From Tubulanus polymorphus (lineage: Eukaryota; Animalia; Nemertea), in NCBI RefSeq assembly GCF_964204645.1, contig NC_134026.1, positions 12,547,950 to 12,611,949 of the forward strand: a stretch of DNA of 64,000 nt, written 5' to 3'. The translations under genes and the position numbers were made by a program. The notes beneath the pieces are model-generated. The model had not been told where the DNA came from. It did not search any database and saw only the letters and a list, made by a program, of their open reading frames with translations. Below, piece after piece: positions 36,454 through 50,073 of this stretch (the first letter of the stretch is position 1; each line of letters opens with the position of its first letter).

Positions 36454-37064
36454 TTATTTTATAAACTTATATTCATATGGAAATTGAAGCCTCAGAAGTA
36501 ATTTTGAACCTTTATTATTCTTTAATTTATTCATATATTCAACAAGTAATTCAGTAGGTATAATTTGATTTTCTTCCAATGATTGTTGCATAGATTTTCT
36601 ATCTTTGTTATAAAATGAAACTAGAAATCTTATATTCTCCCTAAAGTCTTTAACATTTGAATTATATTTTTGATTTAAAACCCATGTTGTTATCCCAAAA
36701 TGTCTCCCAGAGAAAGCTAGATAACATAACTCGCTTTCTCTCACTTTTTAATAATGTAAATTTGCAAAATCGTCTATAATGAATAATGTATTTGAACCTT
36801 TATAAATATCAATTGCTATTTTAATACAATTATCTAAATTTTCTTTTACTGTTTCAGGATCTAATATAATAAACTTTTTTATCTTAACTATATCTCCATT
36901 ATATGTTTTATTCATTTCATAAGTAGGACAGAATAATATTATATTATCAAAATGATTCTTATAAATAGTTCTAACAAATCTAATATGAAATGTGTTTTAC
37001 GACAGTTGGTTACCCCAGTAACTGACATATTATGCGGTTCAAATATAAATAAATCTTTATTCAT
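36454..37064 (-). pseudogene. A32-like packaging ATPase, copy B
   Basis: Homologous to 5238-5853; Walker A degraded. Confidence 0.85.
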
Positions 37065-38134
37065 TTATTCTTTTAATTTTACTGGATAAATCCATTCATT
37101 AAATTTATCATCATACCCTTTATATTTCACCAAAGAATACTTTTTTCCTTTAAGAGTTTTTGTTTTCAATACTTTTTCTATTTTGTATTCTATTTCATCT
37201 GGGTTCGGTACAAGTGATAATTCTTGTTCATAGAAATAACCTAATATTTCTTCATCTTTTAAATATTCTAATTTATAAACAAATGGTTTAGTTAATATTA
37301 TCTTTTTAATCTTGAATATTTCTTCTGTAAAATTAGGAGTATAACCTTTATAAAATGTTTTTCCATATTTAGCTATTCTAACGTGTTGTCCAATTTTAAA
37401 TTTAGGTTCTCCGAAATCATGTGTAACAAACGCACTATATAAATTATCCCAAACTATTTCTGAATTATCTTCTTTTCTAGCTTGTATAGGTTTCATATTT
37501 ATAGAACTATGTTTAGAATTATTATAACCTTTCACTAAATCATCTAACACATCGATATATTTATATGTTTCATTAGCAGTAAAATATTTCCACATTCTAG
37601 ATTTTAATGTTTTATTAAATCTTTCTATAATCGATGCTTTTTTATCTGAGTGTGTTGAAAAATAATCTACATCGTTATCAGATAATAGTTTTTTAAAATG
37701 TTTATTATAGAATTCTTTACCTTCATCGAATTGTATCTTATCTGGAATAGATCTTTTGATTTAAGAACATTTGTTACTTCTATACCAGTTTTATTTTTGA
37801 TTGGATTTTGACCATGCGTATCTACTGAATATATCTATAACATTTAATATCCAGAAATATCCTTTGTTGTGTTCTTCTAAGTTCTTCATATCAATTAAAT
37901 CTGCTTGCCATTGTTGAGCAATATATGAAACCATAACGTTTCTTGTTAAATAAGTTTATCCATTTTCTTGTGGATTTGATATGTTGGTTGATTTTGTAAC
38001 CATAATTTTAATTCACTATATTTTATATTTTCATAATCAGATTTAATTTTATCCCATAATTCTGAAACGCAAGAATATGATACTTCACTCTCTGGGTTAT
38101 AATATAAATCTCTTAAATATTGTTCTTTTTTCAT
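37057..38134 (-). pseudogene. Integrase, copy B (frameshifted)
   Basis: Homologous to 5846-6937. Confidence 0.9.
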
Positions 38135-38140
38135 CTTATT

Positions 38141-38500
38141 TTAATCCATTAATAATAATTTAGATTTAGTTTCAATGATTTTATCATTTGATTTATTTTC
38201 TGGTATAATAGGTTTATCATCAGAATCATTATTGTTATTAAATTTTGATTCATATATTACACCGGAGAATATAATAATTGTGATTAACCCAATTGTAATA
38301 TATAAGTAATTATTTCTTCCACTATTAGAAGAATCAGATGGATTATCATTCGAATCAATATCAGATAATTTCTGTGATTCATTTATATCAGTTAATTTCT
38401 TTTTCTTAGCTTTTTTTAATTCTGCAGATCTTTTACCTAATTCCCTTGCCCATTTAATTTGTTTTTCAGATCTAGGCTTCTTCTTAATATCATCACTCAT
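38141..38500 (-). CDS. Small basic single-pass membrane protein, copy B
   Basis: Homologue of 6944-7342. Confidence 0.7.
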   Translation of the reverse strand: MSDDIKKKPRSEKQIKWARELGKRSAELKKAKKKKLTDINESQKLSDIDSNDNPSDSSNSGRNNYLYITIGLITIIIFSGVIYESKFNNNNDSDDKPIIPENKSNDKIIETKSKLLLMD

Positions 38501-39095
38501 TTATTTTAGTTAATTTTTGTTCTGATTCATTTTCTGTTTCACCGTGTGGGTGCCGTATGGCACCATCTGTTTCGTTCTTACCTGATTTATATTCTATAGG
38601 CTTCATATTCGAAATTGTTATGACACCAGTAGAAATTAATGTCATAACCGATCCTAATTGGAATGAAGCGTATCCAACCCATTTTTGTAATTCAGTCATA
38701 ACTAAGTAGTCATTTTTTAAATCACTATATAATTTATTTTCATCATCAATTGGTATAATCCGTTTACATAATTTTGAATAACATTTGACAATACCATCAC
38801 TTATATTTATTCTAGCTAATATTGACTCTTCATAAATCTTAAAATATTCCATTACTTTATCTGGTTTCATGGCATCTAGTTCTTTATAAGTTACAATTTT
38901 TCCCAAGAACTCTTTAGATTTCCCTCCGGCAATTAGTAATTCAAAATGGCGCTTACAATATAAGTAGTATTCATCATCAATATTGTTATCAACTTGAGCA
39001 CAATTAGTTACAACTGCATCATTATTGCCAGTAATGCCAAAATCCTCAATTGTCTTTTCAATATCAGCATTATTTTTACTCGATTTCTTTGACAG
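38493..39095 (-). pseudogene. Conserved hypothetical protein, copy B
   Basis: Homologue of 7348-7939. Confidence 0.65.
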
Positions 39096-39351
39096 TTATA
39101 TTAGAGAAAAAAGCGAGAAAAAAAATATTATAAGTATTATAAAATGATACTAATTACTCTTTAGGTTAATACTAAATTGACTAGGTTAGTTAATGTTAAA
39201 GAATTTTTATTCAAACCCATTCAAAATCTTTTTAATCTAGTGTTAACAAGAATTGCAAAAGAAAATATTAAAAATATAATAGAAATAATGGATAGTTGAA
39301 GTTATTGCTTTTTTATTACATTTTATTTGAGATATATTAATCTTTAACCAC

Positions 39352-40063
39352 TTATAAAGACTCAACGTATTGTTCATTATTTGGATCATTGTTCCATATT
39401 TCAATAAATTTCTTTGCTTTATCCAGTTGATCCAAATATAATTTCATATCAAGTTTGTTCCCTTTCCTAATATTTTCAACTTTTTCTAAAGGTCTTAAAT
39501 TCTGCCAGCTCCAGATTAATTTCTGATTGTGTTCATCATTCATGTTGAATTTAGATATTGGTAACACGTGATCAATATGAAAATAATCTCCATAATTATC
39601 TATATTCATTTTTTCATTGAACATATATATAATCCATGATTTGAGAAATTTATCTGTACAACCCAACAAATTAGATGGTGTAACTGAATGCTTTTCTTTA
39701 ATGAATAATTGTGATAATCTATTTCTCAAACATTGTTTCATTTTAAAATTAAGATCTGTTTTGTATCACTTCTCATATATTCTGTCATATAATCACGGTT
39801 ATCTTTTTTCCAATCTCTCATGTATTCTGGATTATTTGCTCGCCATTGTTTTTACAATTCTTTACATTTTTCTAGATTATTTATATAATATTGTTTACTA
39901 TTTTGATTATGGCAGCTTTTGCAGTTATGACGTAAACCATCATTGCCAATCTTACGTTTATAATAATCTGTAAATGGCTTACTTTTTTTACATTTACAAC
40001 ATAAATATTTATAACACCAGTGTTATTTGTAATATTAATAATTTGTGGCTGTTTACTTTCCAT
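39352..40063 (-). pseudogene. HNH endonuclease, copy B
   Basis: HIDHVLP...NLRPLEKVENIRKGNK. Confidence 0.8.
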
Positions 40064-41262
40064 TTATAATATATGAATTTTTTTATTCTATTTGAAATCT
40101 ATTTGATAATTTCCGTCTGTTCATCTTCGACTAACGTCATCCTTTTTCATTCCTCGCTGCTTTTGATAAGTCATTTCGGTTCCTTGATATCTAAATCATA
40201 CCAGTTACAATATCCGTGTCGCATACAGGCGCGCTTTTGCTTAATACGCATGCGCTAATCATAATTGTATATTTATTCTGTAAAATTGAAACAACCGAAC
40301 ATAGAACATTCAAACGCATGCGCATTAAGCAAAAGTGCGCATACAGGCGCGCTTTTGATCAATGCGCATGCGCTAATCATAATTGAAACGACGAACATAG
40401 AATATACACCAAGCTGCGCCTACAGATTTACACAATACATATACAAGTATGTTCGGTCGTTTCATCCAATACATCATTTGATTTCTATTTATAAATTTTA
40501 TAATTACAAACATTTTTTTCAATTGCCGGTAAATATTTAACTACATCAACAAATGTTAAACTTAATCATTGGAATTTTTGGAGTAGTCTAAATGTTTTTG
40601 AAATTCTTATATAGTTTCTTCGTCGATCTTTTGTGTTTCTTGTGCTTCTACGCCAATTTCTATTGGTTCGATATCCATTGCTGTCTACTCCTCAGAAAGA
40701 GTATCTTGAGTTTCTCTATCGCTTCTTGATGCGCGTGACATTTTATTAATCTAAAAGATATTAGTGGTAACTCTAATTATCTAAAAGATATACTAAATAC
40801 ACTTAAATATATTTAAAGGTTTCATATTTAGTAGCCCCCCCCTTTCCCTACTTCATAATAACTACAAAAACAGTAATTACATTTAGAACTGTAAACCTTA
40901 ACTCCGAATGGTGTTTCGATAGATAAATCCTAAGCGTTCTGTGTATGCCGTCTGTTCAGTAAGAGAGCGGCGATCCAGTATGTGTAGTACATACTTGCGC
41001 AACAGTAAATATCAGAGGTATGATTCATTATGTCGCAATACATACTCAACAGGCGCCGTGTATCACTATGGCAACTATAGCAACAGGTGTTGTAAAAAAT
41101 CAAGAGTCATGTATTAAAGTATATTGATTTTACATGTTGGACAGTAGTACTTCTTATTTGCTTCCATTAAATCAAATTTAAATCAAATTATCAAATTTTT
41201 TATTAAAATTGATTTTAGAAGTTATTCAATTATATGTTATTCATATATATGAATATTTTAAG

Positions 41263-41414
41263 AGTAATAGGGATAATAGGAGTTCAGGTTAAAGGTTGAA
41301 GGGGCGAGTGAGTAAAAAATGAAAAATAAATTCGAGCGTGCGAGAATTTATTTTTTATTTTTTATGAGCTCGACCTTTCGACCTTTGGCTTGAACCCCTA
41401 TTATCCCTATTACT
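41263..41414 (+). repeat. Terminal fold-back hairpin of the Polinton B right TIR
   Basis: About 70-bp imperfect stem AGTAATAGGGATAATAGG...AATAAATTC / GAATTTATT...CCTATTATCCCTATTACT with a short GC-rich loop. Confidence 0.9.
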
Positions 41415-42006
41415 TGCATTGACAGATTCGAACCTAATATGCAACCACTGCGTAAACGTCAAATATGATTCAGCTTTGAAACCGAACATACGCGGACGTA
41501 CAATCAACAAATATGAATTTATTTGACCAGGCATTTATTTTGGCATTCAAACATCATGATACTGTTTTATCACCATGCTTAAAAATGGATCTGTCCTATC
41601 AAGAACTCATCTTAAGCACCTGCTGAGTCGATAGATTGAGTGAATTTACAGATAAGAACGTATTATGATTTAGAATAGATCTAAGAAGTTAATGTTTTCA
41701 TTGAAATATTTGAATAAATACATTGTAGTGTAGATTTTATCAATAAATTATGATTATTTTTGGTCTGGGTTTCCGGCTGATGTTGATTTTGGCTTTTATG
41801 GATTACAAATTCTATAGTGAAAAACAATTGATACCTGCAACATGTGTCTAAATCAAACCTATTCCACTAGTTGCGTGTGTTTCCTAATAAACGGGAGAGT
41901 CACTCTTGATCTGAGTTATTAGAAACATAATGTTAATTTAGTTATAGAAATTCATTGCCTTTTTGAAAATTCTGTAATAATATTTGTTCTGTCCTAATTT
42001 TTATTA

Positions 42007-44897
42007 CTGTATGAACCAATGATGTGCTTTGTAAATATGATGTAATAAAATAAATTTGAATTTGAATTAAATTTGAACATGAGAATCAAGCATAACTTGT
42101 GTTTTTTCAACTTGTCTTTTGTTAACAGTTCCAGAGTTTCAATTACAATCAAATACAAATTGGCTAAAAAGTACATAGGAATAAATGAAATGAACCGTTA
42201 GTTACTAGTGATCCACAGCTAGATTTTCGTAGTATTTGAAAATGTTTCGTAGTATTTAGAAATGTTCTTAATGTTGTTTCCGTATGTGTGGGGGTTACGT
42301 TAAAGCCGTCAGACAAGAACGTACTAGTAGTAAGAATTACGAAAGTTCTTGTTTGATGCTTTCATCTACCAACGCAAACCATAAATCAGTCTATAAACAA
42401 CAATTCTTTCTCGGTTCTTCTGCTGTGAGATCTGGCAAACATTCAGAAAATCTTTATATAAAACTTTTAAATAGTTGGAACCATATTTGGTTGGGTCGGA
42501 ACAATGGAGTGTATTTATAATGAAGCTCGTGAAGGGATCACGCTGATACTTGATGATATTCCCGGCTACTTTCCGTAAAAGGAAAAACCGGAAGTTTAGG
42601 AAGATGTGGTTGTTTTGTTTATCCTGTATTAAAATAGAATTAGTTAAATTGTAGATAAAATAATTAGTATAAGTATTTCAAATAATTTAAGAATTGATAA
42701 TCAATCACAATGTATTCCGAATCGTAGTTAATTATAATAATTAAAAAAGAAACAATGAATTTGTACCGTAATTAGAAAAGAAAACAAAGTTTTGAAAAGA
42801 TATTTAATTTGAGTAATCTAGATGTTGTTTAAGAACAAATTGTGAATAATCGCTAATGTTTTAGAAAAATTAATTTGTGTTAAATGTTAAAACTAGCTGT
42901 CTGTAGTTTCTGTTGTCTGTATGCGCTCGTTGGTAATTCACAGACAATAGCTGCTCTCTCAACAACGACTAGCAAGGAGTGAGTAAATCACAACGCGTCA
43001 TGACAGGAGGGTTGGAAGAAAAAGTTTATATCAGCAAATCAGTTTCTAAAAATACCTTTAGATCAGCAAATCAGTAGGGCTAAATTTTCCGTAACTAAAA
43101 ACGGTCATGACAGTTGGGTAGCTGCTCCTTGCCAAAAAGCGGAAGACCCTGCGTGGGAGAATCGGAATTCTGAGAATGCCGGTTCTTTCTACAAAAGGGG
43201 GCCGCTATCGAGAGAGAGGAGAGAATCTGTACCTTAGTAAGACGAGTGTCGACAGCAGGACAGGAGAAGCTTCGGAACGATAGGGATTCATATACAATAG
43301 GGATTAGGAAAATCATTCACAGGTTCAAGGTAAATAAAATATATTATCTTCAATATTATCATCCGGTATTTCAATTTATTCATTCGGATTTGTGCACGGA
43401 CACGTTCTCTCGCCAGGGCCTTACTCAAGTATTTTATAGATAACGATTTAAGAGAGGATTGTGACCGGTGTATCACTAGTGTTATGTCGATCGTGTTGAA
43501 TCACTTTGCTTGATTTGAAGGAATCACATCTTCTATGGTGCAACATCGGTCGCAGAGAGATATCTTGGTGTTGACTCACCTTGACCATCTAACTTCATGC
43601 GTTTGACATTGGAATCAGCATCATACCATTTTGAACTGCATAATATTCATACAACATGAAAACCTACAGTACATCTATACAGTAATCAAACTTTCACCGA
43701 TGTTGGATATTTGAATGAACGTTAGGCTTATTTCAGTATTCTGAAGCAGGAAATAATAAGCCCAATCAATAGGCCCTATTCCCATTGGAACAATTGTATA
43801 ATGCGTACAGCTGTACCGTACACTTATCAGTCAAGAATGGAGAAATCGGTATACCAAACCTACGAACAGCAAAATGTACAGGCCTACAATGATTTCTGGT
43901 ATACAAGCCGTGACCACATGAACGTTTTGGATCTAGGTTTGACTATTAATATCAGCAGGTCAGAGAAGGCCTGGCCAAATTTAATCACATGACTCAAATC
44001 AATAAGCCTTTCTGCGTGTGAATACTTCACTGTATTGTTTTAAAAATAGGCCTATCGAGGGAATTAGTACATAGACTAAATTAGACTTTAAGCTAGTCCT
44101 GACCAAATCCTATCCATGTTATAATGGCACCAGTTATAGTAACATCACTGTAGGGCGACGAGAGGGAAAAAGTTGTGTTTGTGGTACATAGGCATGGTAG
44201 GCTTGTACTAACTTAATACTTAAAACGCTGTTGTTAGCTGTACGTGACTGTACGGTGATTTCTACTGGTTAGCCGTATGTGAGTACGTTGACGCTCAGAC
44301 ATGCAATATTGGGATTCGAAACCAAACGAAAAAAAATAATCCAGTAGTAGTCCAGTGATTTACCCACTGTGACACAGAACGTAACTACAGGGTGGATGAA
44401 ATTTGATTTACAAATAGCCTAGCCTCACTAACCCAAATTCCATTCTTTCACGCATCCGCGTTTGCAGATTATAGGAACTCACGTACGGCATTTTTAGGGA
44501 ACTCGCGTACGGTTAACCTGTGGATATCATCGTACAGTCACGTACGGGTAACAACTTCGTATTTAAAATGGTATTGGCTACTAGGAACTCACGTACGGCG
44601 TTAGTAGGGAACTCACGTACGGTTAACCTGTGGAGATCACCGTTCAGTCACGTACGGGTAACAACTTCGTGATTAAAATGGTATTGGCTACTAGGAACTC
44701 ACGTACGGCGTTAGTAGGGAACTCACGTACGGTTAACCTGTGGAGATCACGTACAGTCACGTACGGGTAACAACTTCGTACTTCAAATGGTATTGGCTAC
44801 CAGGAACCCACGTACGGCGTTAATAGGGAACTCACGTACGGTTAACCTGTGGAGATCACCGTACAGTCACGTACGGGTAACAACTACGTACTTAAAA
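42007..44897 (+). repeat. Dispersed non-coding repeat, copy 1 (interrupted at about 42210-43475)
   Basis: 42007-42205 and 43475-44680 are reverse-complement homologues of 56165-57580. Confidence 0.8.
44472..44897 (+). repeat. Tandem array of about four 110-bp units rich in CACGTACGG
   Basis: Unit starts at 44472, 44582, 44692 and 44801. Confidence 0.9.
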
Positions 44898-45960
44898 ATA
44901 CTTTCTAACATTAAAACGATATTTATTAATATATAAAATTCCCCTCCCCGATAAGTTTTCACCCAAATTGTTAAGTAGTAGGTAAAAAATCCTCCAGAAA
45001 ACTTATTGAATTTTTGATTGAGCGTAGACCTAGTTTATTACTAGATATGGGTAAACGATTCAAAGTGAAACTGATCAAGTAGTTAGTTAGAGATATAATG
45101 TAGTTATGAAATCTATTGAATAAAAAACTACATTTTTCATGATACAATACAAGAAATAATGGGTATACTAGTAATATCAGAGTTTATATGTTTTTATATG
45201 TAAACTGAAGCTGTGATCACTGAACCGAAATTAAACTGAACTGAATTTAATTTACATGTAAGTCATAGTTAAATGGTTAAACCACATGGGACATATACTC
45301 GCGAATCATTATGAACTCATACATTGTTGTGGGCTTTTCTACCCTCTCGTAAAACATGGTGGCGTATACGGTAAAAATCCCCAAATATTCAAAGAAGGTA
45401 AAAATTTCCACTTGGTGATTTTCAAGAACATTTCAAAGCACGATGTTTCTCCAATTTTATTCATTTGCGATGAGACCGAAATATGTTTGAACTGCACAAT
45501 GAAATCTTTGGTTGGGATAAATTGTTAAATAAACGACTTGAATAAAATAAATTATTGGAATTAACAATAATAAGGAAAGGCAGGAATAAATACTAATATA
45601 ACGTTACTTACTGTGCCAATCGTATGTTGACTGACAAAGTATACTATGGTTCAGTTCATACCAAAGGTCAAAGGGTCGAAAAATAAATATATCAAATTTA
45701 TTTTTCGACCCTTCAACCTTTGAGCTGAACCCCTATTATCCCTATTACTCTTAAAATATTCATATATATGAATATGAATAACTTCAAAAATCAATTTAAA
45801 TAAAGAATTTGATATTAAAATGGAACCAAATAAGGAGTACTACTGTCCAACATGTAAAATCAATATAGATAAATCTCAAAAAGCAAGGCATAATATAACT
45901 AGAACACATTTAGAGAAAGGGAAACATCTTAATCAATTTTAATAAAAATATGGATTATAA

Positions 45961-46629
45961 ATGGTGGAACAATCACAAACTATCAATATTCCCCATAAGA
46001 AATGTTCAAAATGTGAATTAGATAAATCATTATCAGAATATTATAATAAAAAAACTCAGAAAGATGGTAAGCAAAGTTATTGTAAAACTTGAAGTAAACT
46101 AAGTGACAAACAAAATTATAGAAATAATACTGAAACACGCAAAGATAAGATTAAGCAATATCAAGCAAATAATAGAGAATATTATAAAGAACTCAATGAA
46201 AATTATCAAAAAGAAAGGCGCCGAACAGATTTTAATTTTAAAATGAAACAATGTTTAAGATCTAAAATATCAAAATTATTCAGTAAAGCTAAACATCCAG
46301 TTACACTATCAAATTTGTTGGGTTGTACAGATGAATTCTTAAAATCATGGATTATATATCAGTTTGACGATAAAATGAATGAAAAAAACTATGGTGAATA
46401 CTTTCACATTGATCACGTGTTACCAATATCGAAATTTGATATGAATGATGAATACAATCAAAAGCTAATCTGGAATTGGAAAAACCTGAGACCTCTTGAA
46501 AAGAAGGAAAATATAAGGAAAGGAAATGAACTAGATTTTCAGTTGTATTTAGACCAGTTGGTTAGAGCAAAGACATTTGTTGAATTATGGAACTCAACAC
46601 ATAATGAAAAATACGTTGAATCTTTATAA
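45961..46629 (+). pseudogene. HNH endonuclease, tandem copy 1
   Basis: KKCSKC...; HIDHVLP...NLRPLEKKENIRKGN; internal stop near 46090. Confidence 0.8.
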
Positions 46630-46754
46630 ACGCCCGATGATACTCAGCCTGTATAACTGGTACTTAAAGTTCAAAAGAGAAGAGTCAAAAGAAAATGAGA
46701 TTATTAAAAGAATTCTAAAATGTTAATCAATTTTAATAAAAATATATATCATAA

Positions 46755-47458
46755 ATGGAAAGTACACAAACTATCAATATAAACAATAATACTGGGGTTA
46801 TAAATATTCACCATAAGATATGTTATAAGTGTAAAATAAATAAATCATCAGCAGAATATTACAAAGATAAATATTCTAAAGGTGGTATACGAAATATTTG
46901 TAAAACTTGTCGTAAACTATATAATAAACAATATCAAGTGAATAATTCAGAAAAATGTAATGAAAAAATAGACGTTGGTGAGCTAATAATCCTGAATATT
47001 TTTATGAACATCAAAATAATTACCAAAATGAAAGTTATAAAACAGATTTTAATTTTAAATTGAAACAATGTTTGAGAATTAGATTATCACATTTATTCAG
47101 TAAAGATAAACACTCAGTTACACTATCTTATTTGCTAGATTGTTCAGATAAATTTCTAAAATCATGGATTATATTTCAGTTTGATGATAAAATGAATATA
47201 AATAATAATGTTGAATATTTCCACATTGATCATGTGTTACCAATATCTAAATTTGACATGAATGATGATTATAATCAGAAATTAATATGGAATTGGAAGA
47301 ATCTAAGACCATTTGAAAAGAAGGAAAATATTAGGAAAGGAAATAAACTTGATATGAAATTATATTTGGAGCATTTAGATAAAGCAAGGAAATTTATTGA
47401 ATTATGGAATAGTGATCCAAATAATGAACAATACGTTGAGTCTTTGATAAGTGGTTAA
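46755..47458 (+). pseudogene. HNH endonuclease, tandem copy 2 (frameshift)
   Basis: CYKC...CKTC plus the HNH motif; 3' half duplicated at 49433-49740. Confidence 0.8.
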
Positions 47459-47730
47459 AGAATAGTTTACAGGAATTTAATATAGAGGATCCGAAATGGC
47501 TTATCTGGACGGTTATAGTTACCGCTCGTTTAGATTGACAAAAGTAGAAAGGTATTAAATAGAATTTAAATGATATATATTAAAAAAAACAATAACTTCA
47601 ACTATATAGTGAATTCTATTATATTTTTATTCAAAATCTATTATTTCTTTTCAAAAAGGGAATACTTTATATTTTAAATCATTGTTTCAGTAAATTGCAA
47701 AATATTATGAGTTAATGTTAAATTCACCCA

Positions 47731-49181
47731 TCATCCTAAAAATCGCATATTTTCTCCGATACCACGCAACAATTCCCCAAGATTTTTCACCCTATTATTA
47801 TAGTCCACGCATAGATTTCGCAATCGAATTTGTAATTGTACATATTTTTGGAAAACACGCTTAGTTGGATTATTTCCAAGATTGTTCTGTGCAGTCATCA
47901 TCTCTACAGATGCATTGTCCTGCTGGAATCCTTTAATGGTGCGCCAGATAGAAGGATGATGATGTCCTATAATGTTGTAGAACTTGTTATTCCACGACTC
48001 ACAAATATTATTAGTTCTAGCATCGTTAGTTAATGTTGCTTCGCGGACGTTCCAAATTGATGGTTCGTACATTGGCGGTACTTTTCGGAGTCTGACTATC
48101 CCGTTCGGGGAGCTAACTGGTCGCCAAGATCCATTTACGTAAGTTGAATTAAAATAGTCCAGAAGTTCAATTACCTCATCAGGGACGTTTTCGAGGAGAT
48201 ACGCCAATCCAGCAGGTACATCATCTACTGGCAAAAATGCTAAGCCATCAAGCATCCCCACAAATAATTGAAATTCGGCATTTTCTCGATAGTGTTGAGA
48301 TAAACCAAGTGATTGTATTTTGCGCCATGTCGATTGCGTAAGATGAAAGAAACATCCTTTTACATTCACACGGTTATTAAAAGCAACGTTAATGGCTTGC
48401 TGTACTGCTCCCTCGTAGTCCAGCATGATGGTTTCTGGTTCTAGATATAGATTTCGCTCCTGGCAATCATTCATTAGAATACGTAGCATATCTTCATAGG
48501 TCCCCTGATCTTTCTTCATTAGTAACAATAAGCAACAGATATTGATGTACCACCAAATTGAATTCGAATTACATAAATTTGCTCGAAAAGTGAAGGGGCC
48601 ATACTAAAATTGCCATCTATAAACATGACTTGGATGAAGCTAGTTTTCGAAGTCCATCATCGCTAGAAAATATAATTCTTCTTCCTTGCTCTTCATTATC
48701 ATGAAGGAGAAATCTGTCGGCAGCTTCTTCTCCAGATGTCGCAGCCCATTTTCCGTCTATTCTCAATTCTCGTAGTAAATCTGGCTCTTTAGGATAATTC
48801 TTTCTACGTTCACGGCGGATACTTTTCTTACAGGCTTCTTCATTTGCAAGACGGGCTTTTACATTGACATCGGTTATCTTTTTATAAGACTTCAGTGAAA
48901 ATCTGTACTGGTTTATTTCAACTTTCTTCAGCCAATCTCTTCATTTCATTTCTAGATTTAGAAATATCTACAGTTGTCTGGTCTGCAATGTGATTATGCT
49001 CTCCAGTTTCTCTTGTGGATTCTTCAACAACGTCAGTAATAACACATCCCTTGCATTTCGTAGTTCTGCTTCTTATACAATTCCATCGAATCTGTCTTGC
49101 TGTAGAATATTGTTTCAAGTACATGTAACCATTTAAACACAACTTCAAACCACCTCTAGACGTTTTGATAAATTCAGCCAT
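47731..49181 (-). pseudogene. MULE (Mutator-like) transposase with FLYWCH finger, frameshifted
   Basis: GYMY...WNC...C...HNH; FIDGNF, MLDYE, GCFFHL, LAFLP, RTNNICESWN. Confidence 0.9.
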
Positions 49182-50073
49182 AGCAATATTATCTTCTCTG
49201 TATCTGATTGTGATATGCCCTAATCTCTGAATTTCTGCCTGTTATATAGTTTTTGGTTGATTGTTGATAAGAGTTCAGTGTAATTAGAACGCAGCTGATA
49301 TATAATCACAATTAGACATTAATTAATGATAAGAGTTCATAACAAATTAGTTTCAATTAGTTAAAACAGGTGTTAAGTTTTCAATCTTTTAAGTGAACAC
49401 ATTCCAGTATTTATAGTCACAGTAAATGTATTAATTTCTAAAATCATGGATTATATTTCAGTTTGATGGTGAAATGAATATAAATAATAATGGTGAATAT
49501 TTCCACATTGATCATGTGTTACCAATATCTAAATTTGACATGAATGATGATTATAATCAGAAATTAATATGGAATTGGAAGAATCTAAGACCATTTGAAA
49601 AGAAGGAAAATATTAGGAAAGGAAATAAACTTGATATGAAATTATATTTTGAGCAATTAGATAAAGCAAGGAAATTTATTGAATCATGGAATAGTGATCC
49701 AAATAATGAACAATACGTTGAGTCTTTGATAAGTGGTTAAAGAATAGTTTACAGGAATATAATATCGAGGGTCCGAAATGACTTATCTGGACGGTTATAG
49801 TTACCGCTCATTCAAAAGTAGAAAGGTATTAAATACAATTTAAATGATATATATTAAAAAAACAATTACTTCAACTATATAGTGAATTCTATTATATTTT
49901 CATTCAAAATCTATTATTTCTTTTCAAAAAGGGAATACTTTATATTTTGATAAGATTTGAATAGAAATTCTTTAACTTTAACTAACCTAGTCAATTTAGT
50001 ATTAACCTAAAGAGTAACTAGTATCATTTGAAGGATAAGTATAATATATTTTTCGCTTTTTTCACTAATATAA

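Larger units (their letters stand above)
22345..41414 (+). mobile_element. Polinton/Maverick copy B, near full length, decayed
   Basis: TIRs 22345-22586 (outer about 45 bp lost) and 41121-41414; polB, minor and major capsid, ATPase, integrase and HNH genes. Confidence 0.95.

Noticed and set aside
1-41414. Poxvirus early terminator TTTTTNT
   Set aside because: Expected often by chance at this AT content; cannot be supported by eye.
43090-43445. Possible solo LTR
   Set aside because: No clear TG...CA ends with a TSD.
44472-44897. CRISPR-like array
   Set aside because: Whole 110-bp units repeat with no unique spacers; no cas genes; eukaryotic context.
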